This document shows, in pieces, positions 55,803 to 64,000 of a stretch of 64,000 nucleotides of DNA; position 1 is the first letter of the stretch, and every line of letters starts with the position of its first letter. This stretch comes from Candidatus Acidiferrales bacterium (GTDB lineage: Bacteria; Chloroflexota; Dormibacteria; Aeolococcales; Aeolococcaceae), in the NCBI GenBank assembly GCA_035534435.1, contig DATLRX010000033.1:88560-152559 (forward strand), given 5' to 3'. The translations under genes and the position numbers were made by a program. The notes beneath the pieces are model-generated. The model saw only the letters and a program-made list of their open reading frames with translations. It searched no databases and was not told where the DNA came from.

Positions 55803-56333
55803 TCAGGCAAGAGCTGCCTGGAGCTGTTGAAGGTGCGTGCGCAGGCTGTCGTCGATGACCCGGTCACCGATGCGGATCACGAGCCCGCCGACGATGGACG
55901 GATCGGTGCGCACGGTCGTCTGCACGTCAGTGCCGAGTTGCCTGCTCAGCGAATCACGAATGCGCTGCTCGAGCGCGCCATCGGCAGAGACCGCGGTCGT
56001 CACCTCGACGCGCACGACGCCGGAAGCCCTGTCGCTCAGCGCATCGAAGTGGCTGAGGATCTCGCGAACGATCCCGACCCTGCGCCGCTCGATGAGCAGG
56101 CGGGCAAGGTTGCGAGCCTGCGGAGATGCGCCGTCGAGCAGTTGCAGCCCCAGCCGGACGCGCTCCGAGAGGCTCGTCCTCGGATTCGCCAGCGCCTCGG
56201 ACACAGCCGGATCGCCGAGCGTCCCGACGACACCCGCGAGCTGCTCGCGCCAGCCGGCGATGTCGCCGGCGTCCTGGGCGAGCCCGAAGTACGCCTCGGC
56301 GTAGCGGCGGGCGAGGATGCTCGCGCGTTCCAC
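55803..56333 (-). CDS. atpH: F0F1 ATP synthase delta subunit
   Basis: 176 aa OSCP-like. Position between atpF and atpA. Confidence 0.8.
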   Translation of the reverse strand: MERASILARRYAEAYFGLAQDAGDIAGWREQLAGVVGTLGDPAVSEALANPRTSLSERVRLGLQLLDGASPQARNLARLLIERRRVGIVREILSHFDALSDRASGVVRVEVTTAVSADGALEQRIRDSLSRQLGTDVQTTVRTDPSIVGGLVIRIGDRVIDDSLRTHLQQLQAALA

Positions 56334-56334
56334 G

Positions 56335-56886
56335 TCAGTTCTGCTGCGCTTTCGAGGCCGGGTTGTCGCCGACCTTGGTCAGAGCCTCGTCGATGAGGCG
56401 CTGGTGCGCCTTCGCATCGATGGTCTCGCCGAGCAGGCGCTGCGTCGCGGCGACGACGAGGCTGCTCACCTCGTTGCGCAGATCCTGGATCGCGCGGTCA
56501 CGCTCCCCGCCGATCTCGATGCGCGCGCGCTCGACGAGCGCCTCGGCATCCGTCCGCGCTTTGGCGATCACCTCCTGCGCTTCCGCGGTGGCCTCACCGT
56601 GTGAGCGATTGATGATCTCGCGTGCCTGGACGCGCGCTTCCTCGAGCGTCGCCTCGACCTGCGCCTGGACGCTGGTGAGCCGTCGCTCGGCTTCCGCAGC
56701 GGCGGTAAGCCCGGCCTCGATCTTGGTCTCGCGCTCGGTGGCCGCCTTCATGACGCGCGGGTACACGTACTTCCCGAGGATCAGGATCATCAGGACGAAC
56801 GCTATGAGCTCCGCAAAGAACGTCCCGTTCGGCGTGAGCAGTCCCGCCGTTTGATCGGACGTCGCACCAAGCACCATCGTCAGCAA
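56335..56886 (-). CDS. atpF: F0F1 ATP synthase B subunit
   Basis: N-terminal TM helix then a long charged helix (EAER, KAEAE repeats). Confidence 0.85.
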   Translation of the reverse strand: MLTMVLGATSDQTAGLLTPNGTFFAELIAFVLMILILGKYVYPRVMKAATERETKIEAGLTAAAEAERRLTSVQAQVEATLEEARVQAREIINRSHGEATAEAQEVIAKARTDAEALVERARIEIGGERDRAIQDLRNEVSSLVVAATQRLLGETIDAKAHQRLIDEALTKVGDNPASKAQQN

Positions 56887-56889
56887 CCC

Positions 56890-57147
56890 TTACTTCGGCG
56901 CCGCGATGACGTAGATGAAGAAGAAGCCGAGTGCGAGGTTGATGAAGTACATCCCCTCGACCAAGCCGATGATCAGGAACATCGTCACCTGCAGGCGACC
57001 CTGCGCCTCAGGCTGACGCGCCGTGCCGGCGATGGTCGCGTTACCGGCGAGGCCGTCACCGATCGCGGCGCCGATCGCGCCGCCGCCGAGCGCCAGTCCC
57101 GCGGCGATGAGCGCTCCCATCTGGAGCAGTGCTTGGGCGGTCGTCAT
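56890..57147 (-). CDS. atpE: F0F1 ATP synthase C subunit
   Basis: 85 aa two-helix hairpin. [16 protein letters not shown] and the conserved carboxylate in helix 2 (LVEGMYF). Confidence 0.85.
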   Translation of the reverse strand: MTTAQALLQMGALIAAGLALGGGAIGAAIGDGLAGNATIAGTARQPEAQGRLQVTMFLIIGLVEGMYFINLALGFFFIYVIAAPK

Positions 57148-57160
57148 AGGGTGTCTCTCC

Positions 57161-57973
57161 TCAACTCGTAACCGTGTGAGCAGGCGCGTGATGCTCTTCC
57201 TCGAGACCTTCACGGGCCATACCGAAATAGATGATGGTCAACAGCATGAAGATGAATGCCTGGATGGTGCCGATCAGGAAGACGTCAAAGAGCTTCCAGA
57301 CGACGAGCAGGATCACCCAGATCGGTGAGAGCGTCGTCTGCAGCACCGACGACCCGGCGAACGCGGTGTAGCCGAGAGTCAGCAGGTACACCATGACCAG
57401 GCCGCCGAAGATGTTGCCGAACAACCGGAGCGCGAGGCTCAGGGGCTTCGCGACCTCTTCGATGATGTTGAGCGGCGTGAACGCGATCCGGCCGATCAGC
57501 GGCAGCTCGAACGGCTTCGTGAAGCGGCGCAGATAGCCGCGAAACCCGAGGACGTGGATGCTGTACCACTGCACGATCAGAATGACCACGATCGCCATCG
57601 CGATCGTGAGGTTGATGTCCGCGGCGGCGGGCTCGAGCGGTTTGGTGAGCGGAAAGAAATCCAGCCAGTTGGCGATCAGGATGAAGAGGAAGATCGTCGC
57701 AGCGATCGGTGTGATGAACCCTGACCCTTCATCGGAAACCATCTCCTTGGTGAGGTTCCGTATGTAGCTGAGCAGCAGTTCGAGCACCATCTGCAGCTTG
57801 CCGGGCTTGCCGTGACCGAGCCGATACGCAACACCGAAGCCGAGCGCGAGGGTGAGGACGATGGCGATGCCGCTCGAGATGAGCGTGTCGACGTTGAAGG
57901 TGCAGAAGAACGCCTGTCCGCAAACCTGGATGACCGGATGGTTGCCCGGAGGGGTGTCGGCCGCGAGGATCAT
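57161..57973 (-). CDS. atpB: F0F1 ATP synthase A subunit
   Basis: Polytopic. Conserved Arg in the penultimate helix region (NIFGGLVM...). Confidence 0.85.
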   Translation of the reverse strand: MILAADTPPGNHPVIQVCGQAFFCTFNVDTLISSGIAIVLTLALGFGVAYRLGHGKPGKLQMVLELLLSYIRNLTKEMVSDEGSGFITPIAATIFLFILIANWLDFFPLTKPLEPAAADINLTIAMAIVVILIVQWYSIHVLGFRGYLRRFTKPFELPLIGRIAFTPLNIIEEVAKPLSLALRLFGNIFGGLVMVYLLTLGYTAFAGSSVLQTTLSPIWVILLVVWKLFDVFLIGTIQAFIFMLLTIIYFGMAREGLEEEHHAPAHTVTS

Positions 57974-58386
57974 GCGTGTCGCAGCTGCTCACGCAGCGCC
58001 GCCGCGGCGAGCACCACCTGCGCGACGCCGAGGCCGAGGATCACGAGCCAGATGTTGGCCACGCCGAACGCGAGACCGATGGCGATGGCGATCATGCTCA
58101 ACGTCACGATCCGCAAGAGGCTCGTCGCGAGAAACGGGACCGGCAGCGCGATCAACTTGGCCGCCATGGCACCGTTGACCGATCCGATGGCAAGCCCGGT
58201 CGCGAGCGCGCCGCCCTGCGCGGGATGCCCGATCACAAAGCCGGCGATCACCGCAAGCACCGCTGCGCCGGCGCACACGAAGGCGGCGTTTCGCACCAGG
58301 CGCAATGCGTTCGCGGTGGTCTTGGGGCGCGAAGAAGCTCCTTCCGAGGTCACCTCTGCTCCCGCTGCCTTCACTTGGACTGTCAA
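57970..58386 (-). CDS. AtpI-like small membrane protein preceding atpB
   Basis: 138 aa, 3-4 hydrophobic helices. ATGA-type overlap with atpB. Confidence 0.5.
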   Translation of the reverse strand: MTVQVKAAGAEVTSEGASSRPKTTANALRLVRNAAFVCAGAAVLAVIAGFVIGHPAQGGALATGLAIGSVNGAMAAKLIALPVPFLATSLLRIVTLSMIAIAIGLAFGVANIWLVILGLGVAQVVLAAAALREQLRHA

Positions 58387-58437
58387 ACCAAGGCAACGAT
58401 ATCAATTGGGTGCCGCGGCACGACCCAGCGCTTCGTC

Positions 58438-58581
58438 AGATGAAGCGTTTGAACTGGATGAAGGCGATGTAACACGCGGCCGAGATGCCGATCAGCAGGC
58501 CGGCGAGCACGCCGATCGGGGTGGTGTGGAACAGGAGATCGACGCCCTCACCGAGGAGCAGCGGCGCGATCAACCCGACCG
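58438..58581 (-). CDS. small (about 47 aa) two-helix membrane peptide upstream of atpI-like gene (AtpZ-like?)
   Basis: Hand translation of the reverse strand: MQIAVGLIAPLLLGEGVDLLFHTTPIGVLAGLLIGISAACYIAFIQFKRFI. Not in the ORF track (below size cut-off). Coordinates approximate. Confidence 0.3.
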
Positions 58582-58644
58582 CGATCTGCATCCCGAGGCC
58601 GGCGAGCTCGCTGCCGGACGGCTGCCGAGGAGATGGACCGCTGC

Positions 58645-59805
58645 TCAGTCGGACTCTCCGGTGTGATGGATGTGCGCGGGCAGCGAGCGGCGACCTTCCA
58701 CCTGGACCTCGCTTTCCTCAGCCACGACGAAAGGGAGGCGCGGGGTCCGGCGGCGGTTCCGCCAGAGCAGTCCGAGCAGCGACACGCCGAGCAGGCCGAG
58801 CGCGATGAAGATGATCGTGCGGTGCCCGTAGATGGTGAGCGCCAGGCACCCGAGAATCGCGGTGACCAGGTAGAAGGTCATCGCCGTCTCGAGCGGCGTC
58901 ATGCCGACCGCGCGGAGGCGGTGATGCAGGTGTCCAGCGTCCGGGGCGGCGGGATTCCTTCCCGCGAGCGTACGCCGCACGATCGCGAACAGCGTGTCGC
59001 CGATCGGAAGACCCAACGCGATCAGCGGCACGAGGATCGAGAGACCGACGACGACCTTTGCGACACCGAGCACGGTGATGAGCCCGAGCACGACGCCGAG
59101 GAAGTGGCTGCCCGAGTCGCCCATGAAGACGCGCGCGGGCGGCAGGTTGAAGACCAGGAACCCGAGGCAGCAGCCCATGACCGCCCCGCTCAGGATCACG
59201 ACGCCGGCCTGCACCTGGGACTCAACATCGCCGGGTGGCCCGATCCGGCTGATGGCCGCGAGCAGACAGACGCCCGCGACGATGGCGATCACCCCGGCCG
59301 CCACGCCATCTGCGCCGTCCAGAAGATTCACCGACACCTGCATGCCGACGAGCCACACCACCGTGACGGGCGCGCTCAGCCACATGAGATCGATGACCGA
59401 CGGCGAGTGCGACCCCGGGATGGCGACCGTGGTGATGGTGATTCCGAAGAGGACCGCGAGCACGCCGACGCCGACCTCGATCCCGAGCTTGCTCCGCCAT
59501 GACAGGTCGAGGATGTCGTCGATCGCCATTGCCACGGTGATGGCGGCCGTCACGGCCAGGACCTGCCAGCGATCGGCGATGCTCGAACCGAAGATCGCGA
59601 TCGCGACGGCGAATCCGGCGAACATCGCGATGCCGCCGAGCCTCGGCGTCGCTTGCCGGTGGAGATGCCGGGCGCCGTCGGGCTCGGCGACGGCGCCGGT
59701 ACGGCGGGCGAGCCAGATCGAGCCCGGCACCGCGGCCATGCAGACGGCGCTCGCCACGAGGAACGGCGGAAGCGCCGTCAGCCAGGGCGAGTCGGCGGCG
59801 ATCAC
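58645..59805 (-). CDS. wecA: UDP-GlcNAc:undecaprenyl-phosphate GlcNAc-1-phosphate transferase (WecA/Rfe, MraY family)
   Basis: AIDDILDL (DDxxD), NLLDGADG, and the polytopic MraY/WecA profile. Confidence 0.8.
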   Translation of the reverse strand: MIAADSPWLTALPPFLVASAVCMAAVPGSIWLARRTGAVAEPDGARHLHRQATPRLGGIAMFAGFAVAIAIFGSSIADRWQVLAVTAAITVAMAIDDILDLSWRSKLGIEVGVGVLAVLFGITITTVAIPGSHSPSVIDLMWLSAPVTVVWLVGMQVSVNLLDGADGVAAGVIAIVAGVCLLAAISRIGPPGDVESQVQAGVVILSGAVMGCCLGFLVFNLPPARVFMGDSGSHFLGVVLGLITVLGVAKVVVGLSILVPLIALGLPIGDTLFAIVRRTLAGRNPAAPDAGHLHHRLRAVGMTPLETAMTFYLVTAILGCLALTIYGHRTIIFIALGLLGVSLLGLLWRNRRRTPRLPFVVAEESEVQVEGRRSLPAHIHHTGESD

Positions 59806-61115
59806 GCCGGCGGCAATTCCCGGTATGGGAGTGGGAAACGCCGGCAGAGCGCGAGGCTCCGTGCACGCACGTCGGCCCGCACCTCGGCATCGTCGAAGCC
59901 GGTGAGCATGCGGTGCACGAGCGCGGCGATCTCGTCCATCTCCGGCTCACCCATGCCGCGCGACGTCACCGACGGGCTGCCGAGCCTGATCCCGTTCGGG
60001 TTGAACGGCGATCCGCCGTGGCCCGGGAACGCGTTGGCGTTCACCGTCACGCCCACCTCGTCGAAGGCAGCCTGCACCGTGCGGCCGCGGAGCCCGGTGG
60101 GGCGCAGGTCGATGACCATCAGGTGGTTGTCGGTGCCGCCCGTGGTGAGCTGCAGGCCGCGCGACATCAGCCCCGCGGCCATCGCCTTGGCATTGGTCAC
60201 GACGCTGTGAGCGTAATCGCGGAAGGCCGGCTGCGCGCACTGCTTGAACATCACGGCTTTCGCCGCGATCGCGTGCATCTGCGGACCGCCCTGGATGTTC
60301 GGGCATGCCGCCTTGTCGATCTGATCGGCGTGCTCCGCCTTGCAGAGGACGACCCCGCCCCAGGGTCCCCGCATCGTCTTGTGGGTCGTGAAGGTGACGA
60401 AATCGGCATGGGGGACGGGGCTGGGATGCGCCCCGCCCGCGACGAGACCCGCGAAATGGGCCATGTCGACCATGAGGTATGCGTCGATCTCCTGAGCGAT
60501 CTCCGCAAATGCCGCGAAATCGAGGATCCGCGGGTACGAGCTGTAGCCGGCGACGATCATCTTCGGGCGCACCTCGAGGGCGCGCTCACGAACCGCCGCC
60601 ATGTCGAGGATGCCGGTCTCCTCGTCGACGAAATAGGGCTCGAAGTGGTAGATCCGGCCGCTGAAGCTGACCGGCGAGCCATGGCTCAGGTGACCGCCCT
60701 GGTCCAGCGCCATGCCGAGCACGGTGTCACCCGGGCTGAGCACGCTCGCGTAGACGGCCATGTTCGCCTGCGTCCCGGAATGGGGCTGGACATTGGCATG
60801 ATCGGCACCGAACAGCGCCTTGGCACGATCCCTGGCCAGGTTCTCGACCTTGTCGACGATCTGGCATCCGCCGTAGTAGCGCTTGCCCGGGACGCCCTCG
60901 GCGTACTTGTTGTTCAGCCACGACCCGAGCGCCTCGAGGACGGCCACGGACGCGAGGTTCTCCGAGGGAATGAGTTCGAGCGTCTCCTCCTGTCGCTCCA
61001 GCTCGGCGTCGAGCAATGCGGCGACTTCGGGGTCCGTCGCGCGCAGCGCGGGCTTGTCGGTGAATCCGGCGCCACCGGTGGCTGCCGGACGGGTGTCGAC
61101 AGGTGTGCTGGTCAC
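59802..61115 (-). CDS. glyA: serine hydroxymethyltransferase
   Basis: ELIPSENL, PLP-Lys region, 437 aa from a GTG in GTGA overlap with the tsaC stop. The track ORF has a 178-aa Arg/Gly-rich false extension. Confidence 0.85.
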   Translation of the reverse strand: MTSTPVDTRPAATGGAGFTDKPALRATDPEVAALLDAELERQEETLELIPSENLASVAVLEALGSWLNNKYAEGVPGKRYYGGCQIVDKVENLARDRAKALFGADHANVQPHSGTQANMAVYASVLSPGDTVLGMALDQGGHLSHGSPVSFSGRIYHFEPYFVDEETGILDMAAVRERALEVRPKMIVAGYSSYPRILDFAAFAEIAQEIDAYLMVDMAHFAGLVAGGAHPSPVPHADFVTFTTHKTMRGPWGGVVLCKAEHADQIDKAACPNIQGGPQMHAIAAKAVMFKQCAQPAFRDYAHSVVTNAKAMAAGLMSRGLQLTTGGTDNHLMVIDLRPTGLRGRTVQAAFDEVGVTVNANAFPGHGGSPFNPNGIRLGSPSVTSRGMGEPEMDEIAALVHRMLTGFDDAEVRADVRARSLALCRRFPLPYRELPPA

Positions 61116-61729
61116 TGCGATCTCTGCCCCTCCGTGCTGGTTGAAGGTGAACCCCCGAGCAATCGGCGCAGCGCGGCAATGGTGATCGGGCCTTCGCGCA
61201 GCACGTGGGGGGTGTTGGACGTGCAGTCGATGATAGTCGAGGCGAGTCCGCCGCAGGACCCACCCTCGACCACGGCGTCGACCTCGTCCCCGAGTGCCGC
61301 CACGACCTCTGCGGCTGTCGTGGCGGGCGGTTCCCCGTGGCGGTTGGCGCTCGTGCTCGCGAGCGGACCGGTGCGCCGGAGGAGATCGAGAGCGACGGGA
61401 TGGTCGGGAACGCGAACGCTGAGCGTCGTCCCGGTTCGTGGGATCGCCCATCGACGAGCACGGAGGGTGCAGATGATCGAGAGCGCACCGGGCCAGTACG
61501 CCTCCGCCAGCGCACGAGCGGTGGCGCTCAGCTCGACGTCCCTCTCGATCTCGTCGACGGACGCGCTCAGCAGCGTGAGCTCGAGGCCCGCGGGACGCCG
61601 CTTGATCGCGTAGATGCGGTCGACGGCCGCGGCGCTCGCGGGATCGCATGCCAGACCGAAGACGGTATCGGTCGGCATGGCGATGACTCCGCCGCGGGCG
61701 ATGGCGGTGACCGCCGCGTGCAGCGTCAC
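61112..61729 (-). CDS. tsaC: L-threonylcarbamoyladenylate synthase TsaC/YrdC
   Basis: AIARGGVIAMPTDTVFGLACD YrdC signature. GTG start in GTGA overlap with the prmC stop. Confidence 0.75.
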   Translation of the reverse strand: MTLHAAVTAIARGGVIAMPTDTVFGLACDPASAAAVDRIYAIKRRPAGLELTLLSASVDEIERDVELSATARALAEAYWPGALSIICTLRARRWAIPRTGTTLSVRVPDHPVALDLLRRTGPLASTSANRHGEPPATTAAEVVAALGDEVDAVVEGGSCGGLASTIIDCTSNTPHVLREGPITIAALRRLLGGSPSTSTEGQRSQ

Positions 61730-62610
61730 CGCTGCTCCGCGTCGAGGACGCGGATCCTCCCGGTCAGGTCGGGGACCATCGACACGCTCATGCCGGGGAG
61801 GGCCTCCTCCACCAGCGCACCGACGTCGGTTGCGCGCCTGGGGTCGACCTCCAGGAGGAGGCGGGCGGTGGTCACGTGCGCTCGGATCGATGCCAGCAGC
61901 GCTCGATATGCATCGAGCCCATCCGCGCCGCCGAGCAGTGCGCCGTGCGGCTCGAAGTCGCGCACGTCGCGATCCACGCCGGCAAGCTCGTCGGCGGTGA
62001 CGTAGGGTGGGTTGCTCACGACGAGGTCGAAGGAACCCTCGAGCGCATCCGCCCACGAGCATTCCACGAACGTCGCAGCGACCTCCAGGCGCTCCGCGTT
62101 CGCGCGCGCCACCTCGAGTGCCGCGGCGCTGACATCGGTGGCGATGACCGTGGTGCCGGGCACCTCCGCCGCGAGCGTGATGGCGATGCACCCACTCCCC
62201 GTGCCGAGGTCGGCGACCCGCGCGGGGTGGCCGTCTCGAGCGCGCAGCGCCAGCAGCCCGCGCTCGACGAGCGTCTCCGTATCGGGGCGCGGGATGAGCA
62301 CATCGCCCGTCACCGTGTAGGACCGGCCGTAGAACTCTCGCCCGCCGGTGATGTAGGCCACCGGCTCCCCCTTGCCGCGCCGGCGCACCAGCTCGCGAAT
62401 CGCGCTCAGCTCGCGCTCATCGAGAGGGCGGTCGAACTGCAGGTACAGGTCGAGGCGGCGGATGCCGAGCGCCTGCGCGCAGAGCAGCTCCGAGTCGAGC
62501 CTCGCGGTGGTGCTGCCGTGGTCACCGAGGTAGGTGGTGCTCAGGCGCAGCACGTCGATGAGGATGGGGGCGGCGGACGCCACCTCAGGCGTCGTGCCCG
62601 GCAGCACCAC
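61726..62610 (-). CDS. prmC: release factor glutamine methyltransferase PrmC (HemK)
   Basis: VVSNPPYV methyltransferase motif IV, SAM-binding DLGTGSG. Start approximate; it overlaps the prfA 3' end. Confidence 0.75.
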   Translation of the reverse strand: MVLPGTTPEVASAAPILIDVLRLSTTYLGDHGSTTARLDSELLCAQALGIRRLDLYLQFDRPLDERELSAIRELVRRRGKGEPVAYITGGREFYGRSYTVTGDVLIPRPDTETLVERGLLALRARDGHPARVADLGTGSGCIAITLAAEVPGTTVIATDVSAAALEVARANAERLEVAATFVECSWADALEGSFDLVVSNPPYVTADELAGVDRDVRDFEPHGALLGGADGLDAYRALLASIRAHVTTARLLLEVDPRRATDVGALVEEALPGMSVSMVPDLTGRIRVLDAEQR

Positions 62611-63706
62611 CGTCGGGCTCGTCCTCGAGAAGCCGGCGCGCCTGGTCCTCATTGGCGAGCGGCTCGATCAACAGGTCGAGGTCCCCGTCGAGCACCCGGG
62701 GGAGCTGGTGCAGCGTGAAGTCGATGCGATGGTCGGTGACACGCGACTGCGGGAAGTTGTACGTGCGGATCTTCTCGCTGCGATCGCCGCTGCCCACCAT
62801 CGAACGTCGCGTCGCCCGCAGCTCCGCCTCGCGTTTCGCCTCGGCGAGGTCGTACAGGCGCGCGCGCAGCACGCGCATCGCCTTGGCGCGATTCTTGATC
62901 TGTGATTTCTCGTCCTGGCACGTCACGACAAGGCCGGTCGGCAGGTGGGTGATGCGCACCGCGGAGTCCGTCGTGTTCACGCTCTGGCCGCCGGGTCCGG
63001 TGCTCCGGTACACATCGATCTTGAGGTCGTTCTCGTTGACGTCCACCTCGAGCTCATCGGCCTCGGGAAGGACGACCACCGACGCGGCGGACGTGTGGAT
63101 GCGCCCCTGTGCCTCGGTCTCGGGCACGCGCTGAACGCGGTGCACGCCGGACTCGAACTTCAAGCGTGAGTACGCGCCCTGCCCGTGCACCTCGAACACC
63201 ATCTCCTTGAACCCGTGCCCAGCTGTCTCGTTGTGGTCGAGCACCTCGATGCGCCAGCGCTGACGCTCCGCATAGCGCGAGTACATCCGGAACAGATCCG
63301 CCGCGAACAGCGCCGCCTCATCGCCGCCGGTGCCGGCACGAATCTCGACGACGACATCGCGGTCATCGTTGGGGTCGGCGGTGAGCAGCAACGCGCGCAG
63401 ACGCTCGTACTCCCCGTTCGCCGCCGCGAGCTGCGCGTCGTGCTCCTCGGCGGCCATCGTCACCATCTGCGGATCGGTTTCCGCATGGGCCATCTCGGCG
63501 GCTTCACGCGCCGCGCTCTGCGCGTCACGCCAGCGACGCGCGGCCTCGACCACCTCGCGCAGCTTCGCCTGCTCGCGGGAAAGCTGTTGCACGCGATCGA
63601 GATCCTGGTATGCGTCCGGTTCGCTGAGCAACCCCTCGAGCTCCACATAGCGTGCCTCGAGTGCCGCAAGGCGCTGCTCGAACGCGGTCAACTCGCTCTC
63701 GGACAT
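62585..63706 (-). CDS. prfA: peptide chain release factor 1
   Basis: [20 protein letters not shown] (GGQ), PxT-like region; 373 aa. Confidence 0.9.
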   Translation of the reverse strand: MSESELTAFEQRLAALEARYVELEGLLSEPDAYQDLDRVQQLSREQAKLREVVEAARRWRDAQSAAREAAEMAHAETDPQMVTMAAEEHDAQLAAANGEYERLRALLLTADPNDDRDVVVEIRAGTGGDEAALFAADLFRMYSRYAERQRWRIEVLDHNETAGHGFKEMVFEVHGQGAYSRLKFESGVHRVQRVPETEAQGRIHTSAASVVVLPEADELEVDVNENDLKIDVYRSTGPGGQSVNTTDSAVRITHLPTGLVVTCQDEKSQIKNRAKAMRVLRARLYDLAEAKREAELRATRRSMVGSGDRSEKIRTYNFPQSRVTDHRIDFTLHQLPRVLDGDLDLLIEPLANEDQARRLLEDEPDGGAAGHDA

Positions 63707-63975
63707 CAGCGAGCACCCGCGATTTCGTAGACGGGACCATCGTTGTGAGGCGCGCCGCGACGCGCGGCGTCGAGCGCGGCGATGGCGACCTCGATCTGAT
63801 GATCGTCCGGGGTGCGTGTGCTCAGCAGCTGCGCACCGAGCACGGGTGCGAGGGCGATCCTGCCGGCTGCCGTGCCGCGAATGCGGATCAGCGCGCGGAT
63901 GATCTCGTACGACACGGCGGCGACAACGGGCACGAGCACGATCTGGCCCACGAGACGTATCGCCGTCGGCAGCAA
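63706..63975 (-). CDS. hypothetical protein (possibly 5'-truncated by window end), translationally coupled to prfA
   Basis: 89-aa ORF whose TGA overlaps the prfA ATG (TGATG). N-terminal hydrophobic segment. Not L31 (no CxxC). It could extend beyond position 64000. Confidence 0.25.
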   Translation of the reverse strand: MLPTAIRLVGQIVLVPVVAAVSYEIIRALIRIRGTAAGRIALAPVLGAQLLSTRTPDDHQIEVAIAALDAARRGAPHNDGPVYEIAGAR

Positions 63976-64000
63976 TCCCAGCGGCGCGAAGACTCCGACA

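Noticed and set aside
59802-61649. Long N-terminal extensions on glyA (615 aa) and likewise on pcrA, uvrC, tsaD, tsaB, cdaA, acr3 and gpmI
   Set aside because: The extensions are Arg/Gly/Pro-rich, overlap upstream genes, and the conserved protein N-termini start at internal GTG/ATG codons that form 4-nt overlaps with the upstream stops.

Overview
This is a high-GC (about 70%) chromosomal segment with actinobacterium-like gene order. Roughly 85% of the genes I can support are on the minus strand.

The conserved backbone, from low to high coordinates, is: gap-pgk-tpiA-gpmI; uvrC-ligA-pcrA; alr; groES-groEL with a CIRCE box; tsaD-rimI and tsaE-tsaB-thiL; glmS; cdaA-cdaR; argF; murA-mreB; a class I fructose-bisphosphate aldolase; the complete atpIBEFHAGDC operon; wecA; and glyA-tsaC-prmC-prfA.

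Several accessory or rearranged modules interrupt this backbone:
- An arsenic island: arsR divergent from a CadI/ArsI-like glyoxalase, ACR3 and arsC, with 18-bp tandem repeats in the promoter.
- Two adjacent secreted proteins of unknown function.
- An ABC-2 exporter, DesK-like histidine kinase and LuxR regulator cassette inserted between tsaB and rimI.
- An IdeR-like repressor and a lone FTR1 iron permease, with a near-perfect iron box.
- An ornithine cyclodeaminase, threonine-dehydratase-like and SnoaL-like trio, preceded by a decayed fragment of a threonine-dehydratase paralog.

The most unusual genes are:
- An 890-aa single-chain fusion of an AsnB-type amidotransferase/synthetase with a CofE-like ligase domain, translationally coupled to alr and followed by a C-N hydrolase.
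- A holo-ACP synthase fused to a YjeF-C NAD(P)HX dehydratase domain.
- A standalone RapZ C-terminal domain where the uvrC-rapZ-yvcK-whiA cluster normally sits, with yvcK absent.
- cdaA-cdaR running straight into glmS without glmM.

I found no rRNA, tRNA, CRISPR array, transposase or integrase. Most long ORFs opposite the known genes are high-GC antisense artefacts. Positions of regulatory motifs are approximate, within about 2 nt.
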